26,655 bases of DNA from Alphaproteobacteria bacterium (GTDB lineage: Bacteria > Pseudomonadota > Alphaproteobacteria > Micavibrionales > UBA2020), in NCBI GenBank assembly GCA_038210695.1, contig JBBQWK010000001.1:1-26655 (forward strand), in the 5' to 3' direction. Shown here in pieces: positions 8,399 to 16,490 of this stretch (positions within the stretch are counted from its first letter, which is position 1; every line of letters starts with the position of its first letter). The position numbers were made by a program, and so were the translations under genes. The notes below the pieces were generated by a model. The model did not search any database, was not told where the DNA came from, and worked only from the letters and a program-made list of their open reading frames with translations.

Positions 8399-9889
8399 TC
8401 ATTTATTCGCCATGACAGGCATGCCTGTCAGGACACCCTGGAACTGCGACAACGGCTCGCCCACCGTAATGCCTTTGCTGCCGATTTTGAATTCGCGGAT
8501 GCTTCTTTCATGCGGCCCGCTGCGTTTCTTGAGTATAGACACCGCCTGCCGGACTTCGCCCTGCAGCTCGAAATAACGGAACAGCACGACGGAGTCGGAA
8601 AGATAGCTGGTGTCGAGCGGTGTCTGCATCGACTGGCCGAGCAGCCCGTGCTGCGCCACCACCAAGAAAGTCACAACGCCATGATGCCCGAGGTAGGTGA
8701 GCAACTCGTGCATCTGCGACATGAGGAAGCGTTCCTCCGGCATGGCGTTGAGATAGCCGTTGAGACTGTCGATGACCACAACCTTGGCATCGGGCGCGCC
8801 GCTCTTGCCGCCGACGACCTCCCGTACCCTGTGCGCAAATTCTCCCGGCGACATTTCAGTCGGATCGACTGGCTGTAGGTGGATAAAGCCCTCGTTGATA
8901 TATTTTTCCAGTTCCATGCCGATACCCGCCGCACGGTGCAGCATGGTGGCAAGGCTTTCATCAAAGGTGAAGATGACGGCGTGTTGCCCCTGCTTTGCCG
9001 CCTCGACGGCGTATTGCATGGCGAGTGTCGACTTGCCGACGCCCGCCGGTCCCAGTAGAAGCACACTTGTGCCTTCCTCCGGCCCGCCGCCCATCAGGCG
9101 ATCAAACGGCGCAACGCCGCTTTTTAGTTGCTTTTTCACGCCTGGCACCGGTTTATCCGACGTTACGATGCGGGGGAAAATGAACACGCCGCCGGTCTGG
9201 ATGGCGAAATCATGGTAGCCGCCATGGTATTTCTGGCCACGGAATTTCTTGATGCGAATACGTCGCTTCTCCGCACCATATTCGGGGGAAAGCTGTTCAA
9301 GGTCGATCACGCCGTGCGCGATGCTTTCCAGCTGGAAATTTTCGAGCTCAGTAGTTGTCTTGTCGTCAAGAAACAGCACGGTGCAGGCGCGCGTGGTGAA
9401 GAACTTTTTCAATGCCAGAATTTGGCGGCGGAAGCGCAGCGGGCTTTGCGCCAGTAATTTCAGTTCCGACAACGAATCGAGCACGACGCGCGAGGGCTTC
9501 AATTTTTCAACTTCGGCGATAATTGCTTCGGTCGTATTACCCAGCTCGACTTCAGACGGCTGGTACATGGTGTACTGGTTTTCGGCCTGCAGCGCGTCTT
9601 CTGTCGTCAGCAGTTCGAGAATGTTGATGCCGTCCAGTGACCAGCCATGTGATTCCGCCGCCGACTGAAGCTCCGATGCGCTTTCGGACAGTGTCAGGTA
9701 GAGGACGACTTCGTTATTTTTAAGGCCTTCCATCAGGAATTGCATGGCGACGGTAGTTTTGCCAGCCCCCGGCGATCCCTGAACAAGGTACACGCGCTCC
9801 CGCGCGAATCCGCCTCCCAGAATCTGGTCGAGCTCTGCATTGCCAGTCTTTATCCTGGCGCTGGTTTGGTGGCTTGCCGGTTTTTCCAA
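8399..9889 (-). CDS. kaiC: Double-domain KaiC-like (RecA/RAD55 family) P-loop ATPase
   Basis: Two RecA-type domains: 'TGNAELDQILGGG' with Walker A 'GSPGAGKT', and 'SGVAPFDRLMGGG' with Walker A 'GPAGVGKS'. Walker B 'VVLDS'/'VVIDS', arginine-finger motifs 'KFRG'/'KKRSG'. TTG start with AAAGGA RBS. The symbol denotes family membership, not clock function. Confidence 0.92.
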   Translation of the reverse strand: MEKPASHQTSARIKTGNAELDQILGGGFARERVYLVQGSPGAGKTTVAMQFLMEGLKNNEVVLYLTLSESASELQSAAESHGWSLDGINILELLTTEDALQAENQYTMYQPSEVELGNTTEAIIAEVEKLKPSRVVLDSLSELKLLAQSPLRFRRQILALKKFFTTRACTVLFLDDKTTTELENFQLESIAHGVIDLEQLSPEYGAEKRRIRIKKFRGQKYHGGYHDFAIQTGGVFIFPRIVTSDKPVPGVKKQLKSGVAPFDRLMGGGPEEGTSVLLLGPAGVGKSTLAMQYAVEAAKQGQHAVIFTFDESLATMLHRAAGIGMELEKYINEGFIHLQPVDPTEMSPGEFAHRVREVVGGKSGAPDAKVVVIDSLNGYLNAMPEERFLMSQMHELLTYLGHHGVVTFLVVAQHGLLGQSMQTPLDTSYLSDSVVLFRYFELQGEVRQAVSILKKRSGPHERSIREFKIGSKGITVGEPLSQFQGVLTGMPVMANK

Positions 9890-9942
9890 GGATCAAATTC
9901 CTTTGCTCATAAGGGTTGTTACAAATGGCCCATAATTTCGCA

Positions 9943-9968
9943 AACGGGGTTTTTGTGAGTCCGGTTCC
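9943..9968 (-). promoter_or_regulatory. Sigma-EcfG (sigma-T/RpoE2) general stress response promoter for the kaiC-like operon
   Basis: The minus strand reads GGAAC-cggactcacaaaaaccc-CGTT (N17), an exact match to the alphaproteobacterial EcfG consensus GGAAC-N16/17-CGTT. It is correctly oriented, about 55 nt upstream of the start codon. Confidence 0.72.
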
Positions 9969-9997
9969 GTACCAAATAGCAGGTGATTGAAATCATT

Positions 9998-10027
9998 AAA
10001 AAACCGCGCCAACAAATGTTGCGCGGT
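9998..10027 (-). terminator. Rho-independent terminator of tRNA-Gly
   Basis: Hairpin ACCGCGC(C)AACA-AA-TGTTGCGCGGT followed on the minus strand by T6. Confidence 0.7.
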
Positions 10028-10048
10028 CGGGAAAAAATCGGAAGAAAT

Positions 10049-10123
<75 letters not shown>

Positions 10124-10170
10124 GTACATAAAACAGACCAAAGAATCTGGCTTCATGCGAGTGCTATAGG

Positions 10171-10198
10171 GATATGGCATTTGAACCCCTGTTGTCAA
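10171..10198 (-). promoter_or_regulatory. Putative sigma70 promoter for tRNA-Gly
   Basis: TTGACA on the minus strand (10198-10193) followed 16 nt later by CATATC, a weak alphaproteobacterial-type -10. Confidence 0.4.
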
Positions 10199-10269
10199 GA
10201 AAGGAATAGTCCTTCCAACCCGTTGATATATTTTAGCTTTTACGGCCTTATTTCAAAAACTTTGCTTGA

Positions 10270-10299
10270 TTGACATAATTTATGCGGCGGGACTAGGAT
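10270..10299 (+). promoter_or_regulatory. Putative sigma70 promoter for the 10340 ORF
   Basis: TTGACA-N18-TAGGAT, 40 nt upstream of ATG 10340. Confidence 0.5.
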
Positions 10300-10339
10300 G
10301 GCGGCAGTGTTTTCGGCCTTTAAAGATGCGGTTTAAATC

Positions 10340-10741
10340 ATGCCTGCACAATTTATCCAGTACCTGACCTTCCGCACGGCGGCCTATGTCACCGGCAATG
10401 CGCCGGGGCAGGAAGTTGCTACCTATTGGGCCTATGAAACTGCGGTCGAGAGAAAATCGGGCCGTCTGGTGCAGACCGACATTCACCAGAGCAGCCGCAC
10501 CACCGCGCCCTTCACCGATGACATGCCGGAGAAAGACGCGCTTGAGCAGCTGGCAGAGATTGATGCGAAAGCACGCGCCAAATTCCCGCTGCTGCAGGAA
10601 CCCGATAACCGTTTCTGTGGGACAGGCAGCGAATTCGCCAAGGCTATTCCCTACCGCGAGCATCAGGTTTATATCGCGGGCGTGCGGCAGGAAATGCTGA
10701 AGACGCAGGCAACACCGGCCAAGTTCAAGCTGAAGCCCTAA
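10340..10741 (+). CDS. Hypothetical protein
   Basis: 133-aa ORF with host-like codon usage, its own promoter and a downstream terminator. No family recognised. Confidence 0.75.
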   Translation: MPAQFIQYLTFRTAAYVTGNAPGQEVATYWAYETAVERKSGRLVQTDIHQSSRTTAPFTDDMPEKDALEQLAEIDAKARAKFPLLQEPDNRFCGTGSEFAKAIPYREHQVYIAGVRQEMLKTQATPAKFKLKP

Positions 10742-10756
10742 AAAATCTCAAAACAA

Positions 10757-10795
10757 GAAAAAGCCCGCCCCTTTAAAAGGGCGGGCTCTGGTTTT
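10757..10795. terminator. Bidirectional intrinsic terminator between convergent genes
   Basis: 9-bp stem AGCCCGCCC/GGGCGGGCT with an 8-nt loop, A-run on the left and GGTTTT on the right. Confidence 0.8.
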
Positions 10796-10814
10796 CCCTG
10801 TGTAAGGAGGAAAC

Positions 10815-13355
10815 TTAATTCTTCGGCACGTTGGGCCAGTTGACCTTGGCCTTGGTGTCGCGCTCCAGCGCATTGTCATTCACCGGATGGCGGTGGGTGA
10901 CTTTGTTGAATGCGTTTTTGAGCGGGTTGATGATGGTGCGGGCAAGGAAGCCCGGACGGTCAGCGGCTTCACGCAAGTCTTGCGCCCGCACATTCGGCAT
11001 CGGCGGTTCACGCAGGGGCTTGCCTGTGTTGAGGATGGCGGAGATGCGCTTCACGGTGCGCGGGTCATGCACCAGCGCCATGAAGTTTTTATGCTCCAGC
11101 GAACGCAGGTAATCTTGCGTCACCACAACACCGGGACCGGCTTTGTCGCCGCCGGTCAATACCTGCGCCACTTTGTCGGACACAATCACATCGTAGGAAG
11201 TAGCGGCGCCCTTGGCAAAGAAGCCGTCTACCGCCATGGCCAATGCCGCAGCACCGGAAGCGCCGGGCAGCGTCATGTTATGGGGGAGTTCTGGCTTATG
11301 CGTCGGCACCATTTCCAGCGCTTTCTTCTTGGCATCGGCCAGAAGGCGCGCTTTGTTCATGGTCACGCCGTCGGTATCGCGAAGGATCAGCAGATCCTTC
11401 GCTTCAAAAGCGGAGAGGCCGACTTTGGCGGTGGAAATCGTTTCGAAGACTTGCGCCACCGGCGGCATCGGGCCTTTGGGCAGGCGCTTGTTTTGCGTCG
11501 CGCGTGACATCAGCTCGGTCGAGCCACCCCAGGCGGGGAGCAGGCCGACGCCGACTTCAACGAGACCGGGGTAGGTTTCCGCATGCGCCTGCACGTGGTG
11601 GCTGTGCAGCAGAATTTCGCAGCCGCCGCCAAGGGCCTTGCCGGCCGGCGCGGAGACAACGGGGAAATTCGCGTACTTCAGGCGCTTGTATGTATCCTGA
11701 CCCGACTTCACCATTTTATCGACGACCCAGAACTGTTTCGTCTTGATGGCAAGCTCGGCAAGTTTCAGGTTCGCGCCGAGGGAGAAATCATCCGCTTCGT
11801 TGTGGATGACGAGCGCCTTGTATTTGCCGTCGCCTTTTTCAATGAGGTCGCAGGCCTTGTTGATCATCTTCATGGTGAAGAAATCGAGCGAGTTCATTTT
11901 GGAGGTGAACTCGAGGCAGATGACGCCGTCGCCGATATCCCACAGCGCCGCGCCAACTTTGCCGAGGCCGGGGATAGAGCCTGATTCTGCGATGGGCTTG
12001 CTTGCGCGTTTGATGTCGGACAGCAGCAGCACGCCTTCCGGACGGACAATGGCGGAGTAAGAGCCGTCAGCGTTCATCTGGTTCAGCTTGCCATCAACGG
12101 TTTTGTAGAAGGTTTTGCCCTGCGCCTGTTTCAGGAAGGCAGGTACTTTGTCGCCTTCGGCTTCCATGCGCTTCACAACGTAATCGGTGCCGAGTTTATC
12201 GAGCAGCTCGAAGGGGCCGTATTTCCAGTTGTAGCCGAGCTTCATGGCGGTATCGACGGAGTTGATGTCGGCCGCGATGTTGTGGGCGTGTTCTGCCGTA
12301 TAGGCAAGAGTCTGCTTCAACACAGACCAGGCGTAATCGCCGCCTTTGTCGTGGGTTTCGACGAGGGCTTTAACGCCGCCTTTTTTGGCGTTGAGGCCGG
12401 CCTGCATTTTAACTTTTTCGGAAGGGCGTTCTGCGCCCGTTTCAAGGTCAACGGCGAGCTTTTCGCGCTTGTCGTTCAGGCGGTAGAAACCGCCTTTGCC
12501 TTTACGGCCGGTGTAACCATCCGCAATCATTTTTTCAATGACGGGATAGCTTTTGTTGATTTTGACATAGCCGTCATCCGCCGGCAGTTTGGCGGTGAGG
12601 CTTTTGGAGATATGCGGCATGAGGTCAAGGCCGACGAGGTCGACGAGGCCGAAGATGCCGGTTTTCGGAATGCCCATCGGCTGGCCGACAATGCTGTCTG
12701 CTTCTTCAACCGTCAATTTGCGCGAGATTGCTTCGTTGATGGACGCTTGGATCCAGAAGGTGCCGATGCGGTTGGCGATGAAGCCCGGCGTGTCGTTGCA
12801 ATGCACGACGCCCTTGCCCATTTTTTCATCCATGAAGCGGGTGACTTCCGCAATCATTTCGGGGCTGTTGTCTTTCGACGTGATCAGCTCCAGCAGCGGC
12901 ATGTAGCGCGGCGGGTTGAAGAAGTGGGTGATGACGAAATCTTTTTTGAAGGCGTCGGTCTGGCCCGCCACGAGATCATGCAGCGGAATGGTAGAGGTGT
13001 TGGAGGCGATGATGGCGCCGGGTTTGCGGTTGGCGTCAATCTTCTGGAAGATATCAAACTTCACCTTGGGGTCCTCAAAAACCGCCTCGATGATGATGTC
13101 GCAATCCTTCAACCGGCCGATATCGTCTTCGGTGTTGCCGGGGCGGATTTTTTTGGCGTTGCGCTTGTGCATAAGCGGCGCGGGGTTGGTCTTGAACATA
13201 CGCTCGATCGCGCCTTCGGCGATTGCCGTGCGGTTCTGGGATTTGGGATCGACGCGGTCAAGAAGTTCGACCTCGATACCCGCGTTCGCGAGCTGCGCTG
13301 CGATGCCGGCGCCCATGACGCCTGCGCCGATGACTGCTGCTTTTTTAATGGCCAT
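10815..13355 (-). CDS. fadN: 3-hydroxyacyl-CoA dehydrogenase / enoyl-CoA hydratase (FadN-type) with extra C-terminal tail
   Basis: Rossmann 'VIGAGVMGAGIA', 'EAVFED', 'SNTSTI', 'HFFNPPRY', 'PGFIANRIG'. Crotonase domain 'GGGCE' and 'GLVEVGVGLLPAWGG', then 'TGKPLR'. Confidence 0.93.
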   Translation of the reverse strand: MAIKKAAVIGAGVMGAGIAAQLANAGIEVELLDRVDPKSQNRTAIAEGAIERMFKTNPAPLMHKRNAKKIRPGNTEDDIGRLKDCDIIIEAVFEDPKVKFDIFQKIDANRKPGAIIASNTSTIPLHDLVAGQTDAFKKDFVITHFFNPPRYMPLLELITSKDNSPEMIAEVTRFMDEKMGKGVVHCNDTPGFIANRIGTFWIQASINEAISRKLTVEEADSIVGQPMGIPKTGIFGLVDLVGLDLMPHISKSLTAKLPADDGYVKINKSYPVIEKMIADGYTGRKGKGGFYRLNDKREKLAVDLETGAERPSEKVKMQAGLNAKKGGVKALVETHDKGGDYAWSVLKQTLAYTAEHAHNIAADINSVDTAMKLGYNWKYGPFELLDKLGTDYVVKRMEAEGDKVPAFLKQAQGKTFYKTVDGKLNQMNADGSYSAIVRPEGVLLLSDIKRASKPIAESGSIPGLGKVGAALWDIGDGVICLEFTSKMNSLDFFTMKMINKACDLIEKGDGKYKALVIHNEADDFSLGANLKLAELAIKTKQFWVVDKMVKSGQDTYKRLKYANFPVVSAPAGKALGGGCEILLHSHHVQAHAETYPGLVEVGVGLLPAWGGSTELMSRATQNKRLPKGPMPPVAQVFETISTAKVGLSAFEAKDLLILRDTDGVTMNKARLLADAKKKALEMVPTHKPELPHNMTLPGASGAAALAMAVDGFFAKGAATSYDVIVSDKVAQVLTGGDKAGPGVVVTQDYLRSLEHKNFMALVHDPRTVKRISAILNTGKPLREPPMPNVRAQDLREAADRPGFLARTIINPLKNAFNKVTHRHPVNDNALERDTKAKVNWPNVPKN

Positions 13356-13387
13356 TTAAAGTACTCCTGAATAACGCGAACTGAAAA

Positions 13388-14563
13388 TTACGGCTTCGGC
13401 TGCGAGGGGGTGTATTTTTTGAGGACGGTCGAGATGCCCTGCCCTGCGCCGATGCACTGGGTGGAAACCGCGTATTCGCCGTCTTTGCCTTCATCATGCA
13501 GCAACTGGGCGGCTTTGCCCGTGATGCGCGCGCCGGTGGCGCCCAGCGGGTGACCGATGGCGATCGCGCCGCCGTGCTTGTTGAGCTTTTCATCATCAAT
13601 GCCGAGCTGTTTCTGGCTGGCGATGCTCTGCGCTGCAAAGGCTTCGTTCATTTCAACGATGCTGACATCTTTCATGCTGATGCCGGCTTTTGCCATGGCT
13701 TTTTCCGTTGCGGGAACGGGGCCAACGCCCATGATTTTGGGATCAAGGCCAGAGACCGCGAAGGAAGAAACTTCGGCCAGGATTTCAAGCCCGTGTTTCT
13801 TGGCAAATTCTTCGGAGCAGACGAGAACGGCGGCGGCGCCATCGGTGAGCGGCGATGACGTTGCGGCGGTGACGCTGCCGCCCTGCAGGAAGGCAGGCTT
13901 CAGCTTGGCAAGGCTTTCCGCCGTCGATTCCGGGCGGGGGCAGCTGTCTTCCGTCACGACTTTGCCGTTCGGCAGCGTGATCGGCACGATTTCCTGATCA
14001 AACTTGCCGGCTTTTTTGGCAGCGGCGGTCTTGAACTGCGATTTCAGCGAAAACGCATCTTGTTCTTCGCGCGTCACATTGAATTTCTTGGCGACGTTTT
14101 CAGCAGTTTCGCCCATGCCCATGTAGGCGCCCGGCGATTCTTTATACAGCACGGGGTTCGGCGACGGATTGAAGCCGCCCATCGGCACGCGGGACATGCT
14201 TTCGACGCCGGCGCAAATGACTGCATCCGACATGCCCATGGAAATGGCGCCAGCCGCATCGTGAATGGCCTGCATGGAGGAGCCGCAGAAACGGTTGATG
14301 GTGACCCCGCCGATTTCTTCCGGCAATCCTGCGCGCAGCACAACAAGGCGCGCCATGTTGAGGCCCTGTTCGCCTTCCGGCATGGCGCAGCCGAGTTTCA
14401 GGTCATCGACCAATTTCGGGTCAACGCCGGTTTTTTTGATAAGGCCCTGAACGGTTTGCGCCGTCAGATCATCCGCGCGCAAGCCGGCCAACTCGCCCTT
14501 AACGGCGGGGGTGAAGGGGGAGCGCACATAACCTGCGATGACTACTTTTTTGGATTCGGTCAT
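13388..14563 (-). CDS. fadA: Acetyl-CoA C-acyltransferase (thiolase)
   Basis: 'NRFCGSS' (catalytic Cys), 'NEAF', 'GHPLGATG' and 'CIGAGQG'. It lies 32 nt upstream of fadN on the same strand. Confidence 0.95.
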   Translation of the reverse strand: MTESKKVVIAGYVRSPFTPAVKGELAGLRADDLTAQTVQGLIKKTGVDPKLVDDLKLGCAMPEGEQGLNMARLVVLRAGLPEEIGGVTINRFCGSSMQAIHDAAGAISMGMSDAVICAGVESMSRVPMGGFNPSPNPVLYKESPGAYMGMGETAENVAKKFNVTREEQDAFSLKSQFKTAAAKKAGKFDQEIVPITLPNGKVVTEDSCPRPESTAESLAKLKPAFLQGGSVTAATSSPLTDGAAAVLVCSEEFAKKHGLEILAEVSSFAVSGLDPKIMGVGPVPATEKAMAKAGISMKDVSIVEMNEAFAAQSIASQKQLGIDDEKLNKHGGAIAIGHPLGATGARITGKAAQLLHDEGKDGEYAVSTQCIGAGQGISTVLKKYTPSQPKP

Positions 14564-14673
14564 TTTCTGGGCCTCGTTGTTGGACGGTTAAACCTGGCCA
14601 CACCCAATTATAGTTAGCGGCTGTCATTCCGGAGTGAAGCCCCGATAATTTTGTACCGCTTTTTATTTTCTGG

Positions 14674-14688
14674 GAACGAGTATGGAAC
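14674..14688. promoter_or_regulatory. Candidate alphaproteobacterial LexA (SOS) box
   Basis: GAAC-gagtatg-GAAC, an exact GAAC-N7-GAAC match, intergenic, about 110 nt upstream of the thiolase start. Confidence 0.35.
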
Positions 14689-14736
14689 ATTGAGGGGGGA
14701 GCGTAAAGATTGAAAATGCCCCTCGCCGACACATAC

Positions 14737-14777
14737 GAAAACGCTGCTGCCATTGATTTTCCGGCAGCAGCGTTTTC
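14737..14777 (-). terminator. Intrinsic terminator downstream of terC
   Basis: Perfect 15-bp inverted repeat GAAAACGCTGCTGCC / GGCAGCAGCGTTTTC with an 11-nt loop. Confidence 0.8.
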
Positions 14778-14822
14778 ATATTTTAAGAAGAATGTTTTAA
14801 GGCTTATGGCTAAGTGCCACCG

Positions 14823-15806
14823 TCATTCCGCGGGCTTGGCAGGCGCTTCGTTTTTGGTGCGGTGCAGCGAGAAAAGCGCGCCGCCGAGTAGCAGCCCCAA
14901 GGTGATGGCGAGGGAGAGCGCATGCGGGAAGTCATAATCCAGCGCCGCCGAGATCAGCACCTTGCCGCCAATGAACACCAGCACGAGGGCGAGGGAGTAT
15001 TTGAGGTATTTGAAGCGGTCCAGCATGGCCGACAGCGTGAAATAGAGGGAGCGCAGACCCATGATGGCGAACAAGTTGCTGGTATAAACGATAAACGGTT
15101 TCTGCGTGATGGCGAGGATAGCGGGAATGCTGTCGATCGCGAAAATCACGTCGACCACCTCCACCACCGCCAGCGCCAGCATGAGGGGCGTGAAAAAGGT
15201 GACGAGCTTGCCGTGCGCGTTTTTTTGCCGCACGGCGAATTTGCTGCCGTGCAGGTCGGGTGTCACGCGCATGTGTTTTTTGAAAAACTTTACGACCTTG
15301 TTGTCGGCCATGTCATGCGCGTCGTCTTCCTTCATCATCAGCATCTTGATGCCGGTGAAAACAAGGAAGCCCGCAAAGAAATACAATATCCAGTGGAATT
15401 TCTGCACGGCGAGTGAGCCCGCGCCGATCATCAGCCCGCGCATGAGGATGACACCGATAATGCCCCAGAACAGCACGCGGTGCTGGTACTGCTTCGGCAC
15501 CGCGAAATAACTCAACACGAGGGAGATGACGAAAATATTATCGAGCGAGAGGGAAAGTTCGACAAGGTAGCCGGTGATGAACAGCCCGGCGTCTTCCATG
15601 CCGCTGCCGCCGTCATTCACCTGCCAGATAAAGCCGCCGAACAATAAAGCGACGATGGCATAAATCACGCTGAACTTGAGGCTTTCGCGGATGGTGATGA
15701 CGTGGTCTTTTTTATTGAGAAAGCCGAGGTCAAAGCCCAGAAGAGCCAGAAACAGCCCGAAAAATGACGCCCACATCCATAATGGCGTCGCGTGACTTAA
15801 ATCCAT
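14823..15806 (-). CDS. terC: TerC/Alx family metal homeostasis membrane protein
   Basis: 'GYLVELSLSLDNIFV', 'QHRVLFWGIIG', 'VEVVDVIFAIDSIPA' and 'SNLFAIMGLRSLYF'; multiple TM helices. Confidence 0.93.
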   Translation of the reverse strand: MDLSHATPLWMWASFFGLFLALLGFDLGFLNKKDHVITIRESLKFSVIYAIVALLFGGFIWQVNDGGSGMEDAGLFITGYLVELSLSLDNIFVISLVLSYFAVPKQYQHRVLFWGIIGVILMRGLMIGAGSLAVQKFHWILYFFAGFLVFTGIKMLMMKEDDAHDMADNKVVKFFKKHMRVTPDLHGSKFAVRQKNAHGKLVTFFTPLMLALAVVEVVDVIFAIDSIPAILAITQKPFIVYTSNLFAIMGLRSLYFTLSAMLDRFKYLKYSLALVLVFIGGKVLISAALDYDFPHALSLAITLGLLLGGALFSLHRTKNEAPAKPAE

Positions 15807-15846
15807 CGCTCGTTATCCCTGCCCGGTGATTTGGTAATTTAAAAGT

Positions 15847-16386
15847 CTAGTGCATCATGCCGAAGATCGTCGCCAGCAAGGGCCAGAGGTGATCACGGAA
15901 GGTGTAGAAAATAAAGATCAGGGCGACCGGCATGCCCCACATGACGCGGTAGGGGCTGGCTTGCGAGCTGTCGATCGCGCGTGTCCAGGCGAGGCTGAGG
16001 AAAGGCAGGACGCCGGCGGCAAGAAACAGGAAGAACCCGCGCACGAACATCAGCACGACGTAATCAAAGCCCTGGTCGCCAAAGAAGCGGATGGGCGCGT
16101 TGGAGAAAAGAAGATGATCAAGGCCGGCGCTGCCGACCGACCAGTTGACGCCGCCGTGATCCAGCACGCCGACGCTGAAGACGTAGCAGGCAGCGACCGA
16201 AAGCACATAGATGAGCGCAACGGAAACCGGCGTCGGCATTTTCGCCTTGCCTTCCTTGCCCTGATTGATTTCGCCGGAGCCGGGATGCCCGCCGGCAGCG
16301 GTCATGGCCCGCGCCTTGGCAAGTTTTTCGCGGGCGCCTGTGCGCGCCGCTTTCATTTCCTTGTTTGCACCGCCGAGTCCGAACAT
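15847..16386 (-). CDS. Hypothetical membrane protein (basic N-terminus, 3-4 TM)
   Basis: ATG 16386 follows AAGGA and is preferred to GTG 16404. A Lys/Ala-rich N-terminus precedes the hydrophobic segments; 40 nt separate it from terC. Confidence 0.72.
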   Translation of the reverse strand: MFGLGGANKEMKAARTGAREKLAKARAMTAAGGHPGSGEINQGKEGKAKMPTPVSVALIYVLSVAACYVFSVGVLDHGGVNWSVGSAGLDHLLFSNAPIRFFGDQGFDYVVLMFVRGFFLFLAAGVLPFLSLAWTRAIDSSQASPYRVMWGMPVALIFIFYTFRDHLWPLLATIFGMMH

Positions 16387-16490
16387 GGCTTTTCTATCCT
16401 TCACAATAAGGCTTCACCGCCTGAAGCTATTCTAGCTTAAGGGTTAAGCGATTGAAAAGGGCAGAATAATTTACGCTTTCGGGATTTAAC

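Noticed and set aside
8399-9889. A true circadian clock locus
   Set aside because: No kaiA or kaiB is nearby, the phosphosites are S-Y, and there is no KaiA-binding tail.
12282-13370. 362-aa plus-strand ORF and the other overlapping alternative-frame ORFs in the track
   Set aside because: They are antisense or out-of-frame shadows of well-supported genes.
16437-16447. TTAA-ggg-TTAA as a CtrA box
   Set aside because: The spacer is 3 nt, not 7. The TTAA pair at 10320/10333 has a 9-nt spacer and fails likewise.
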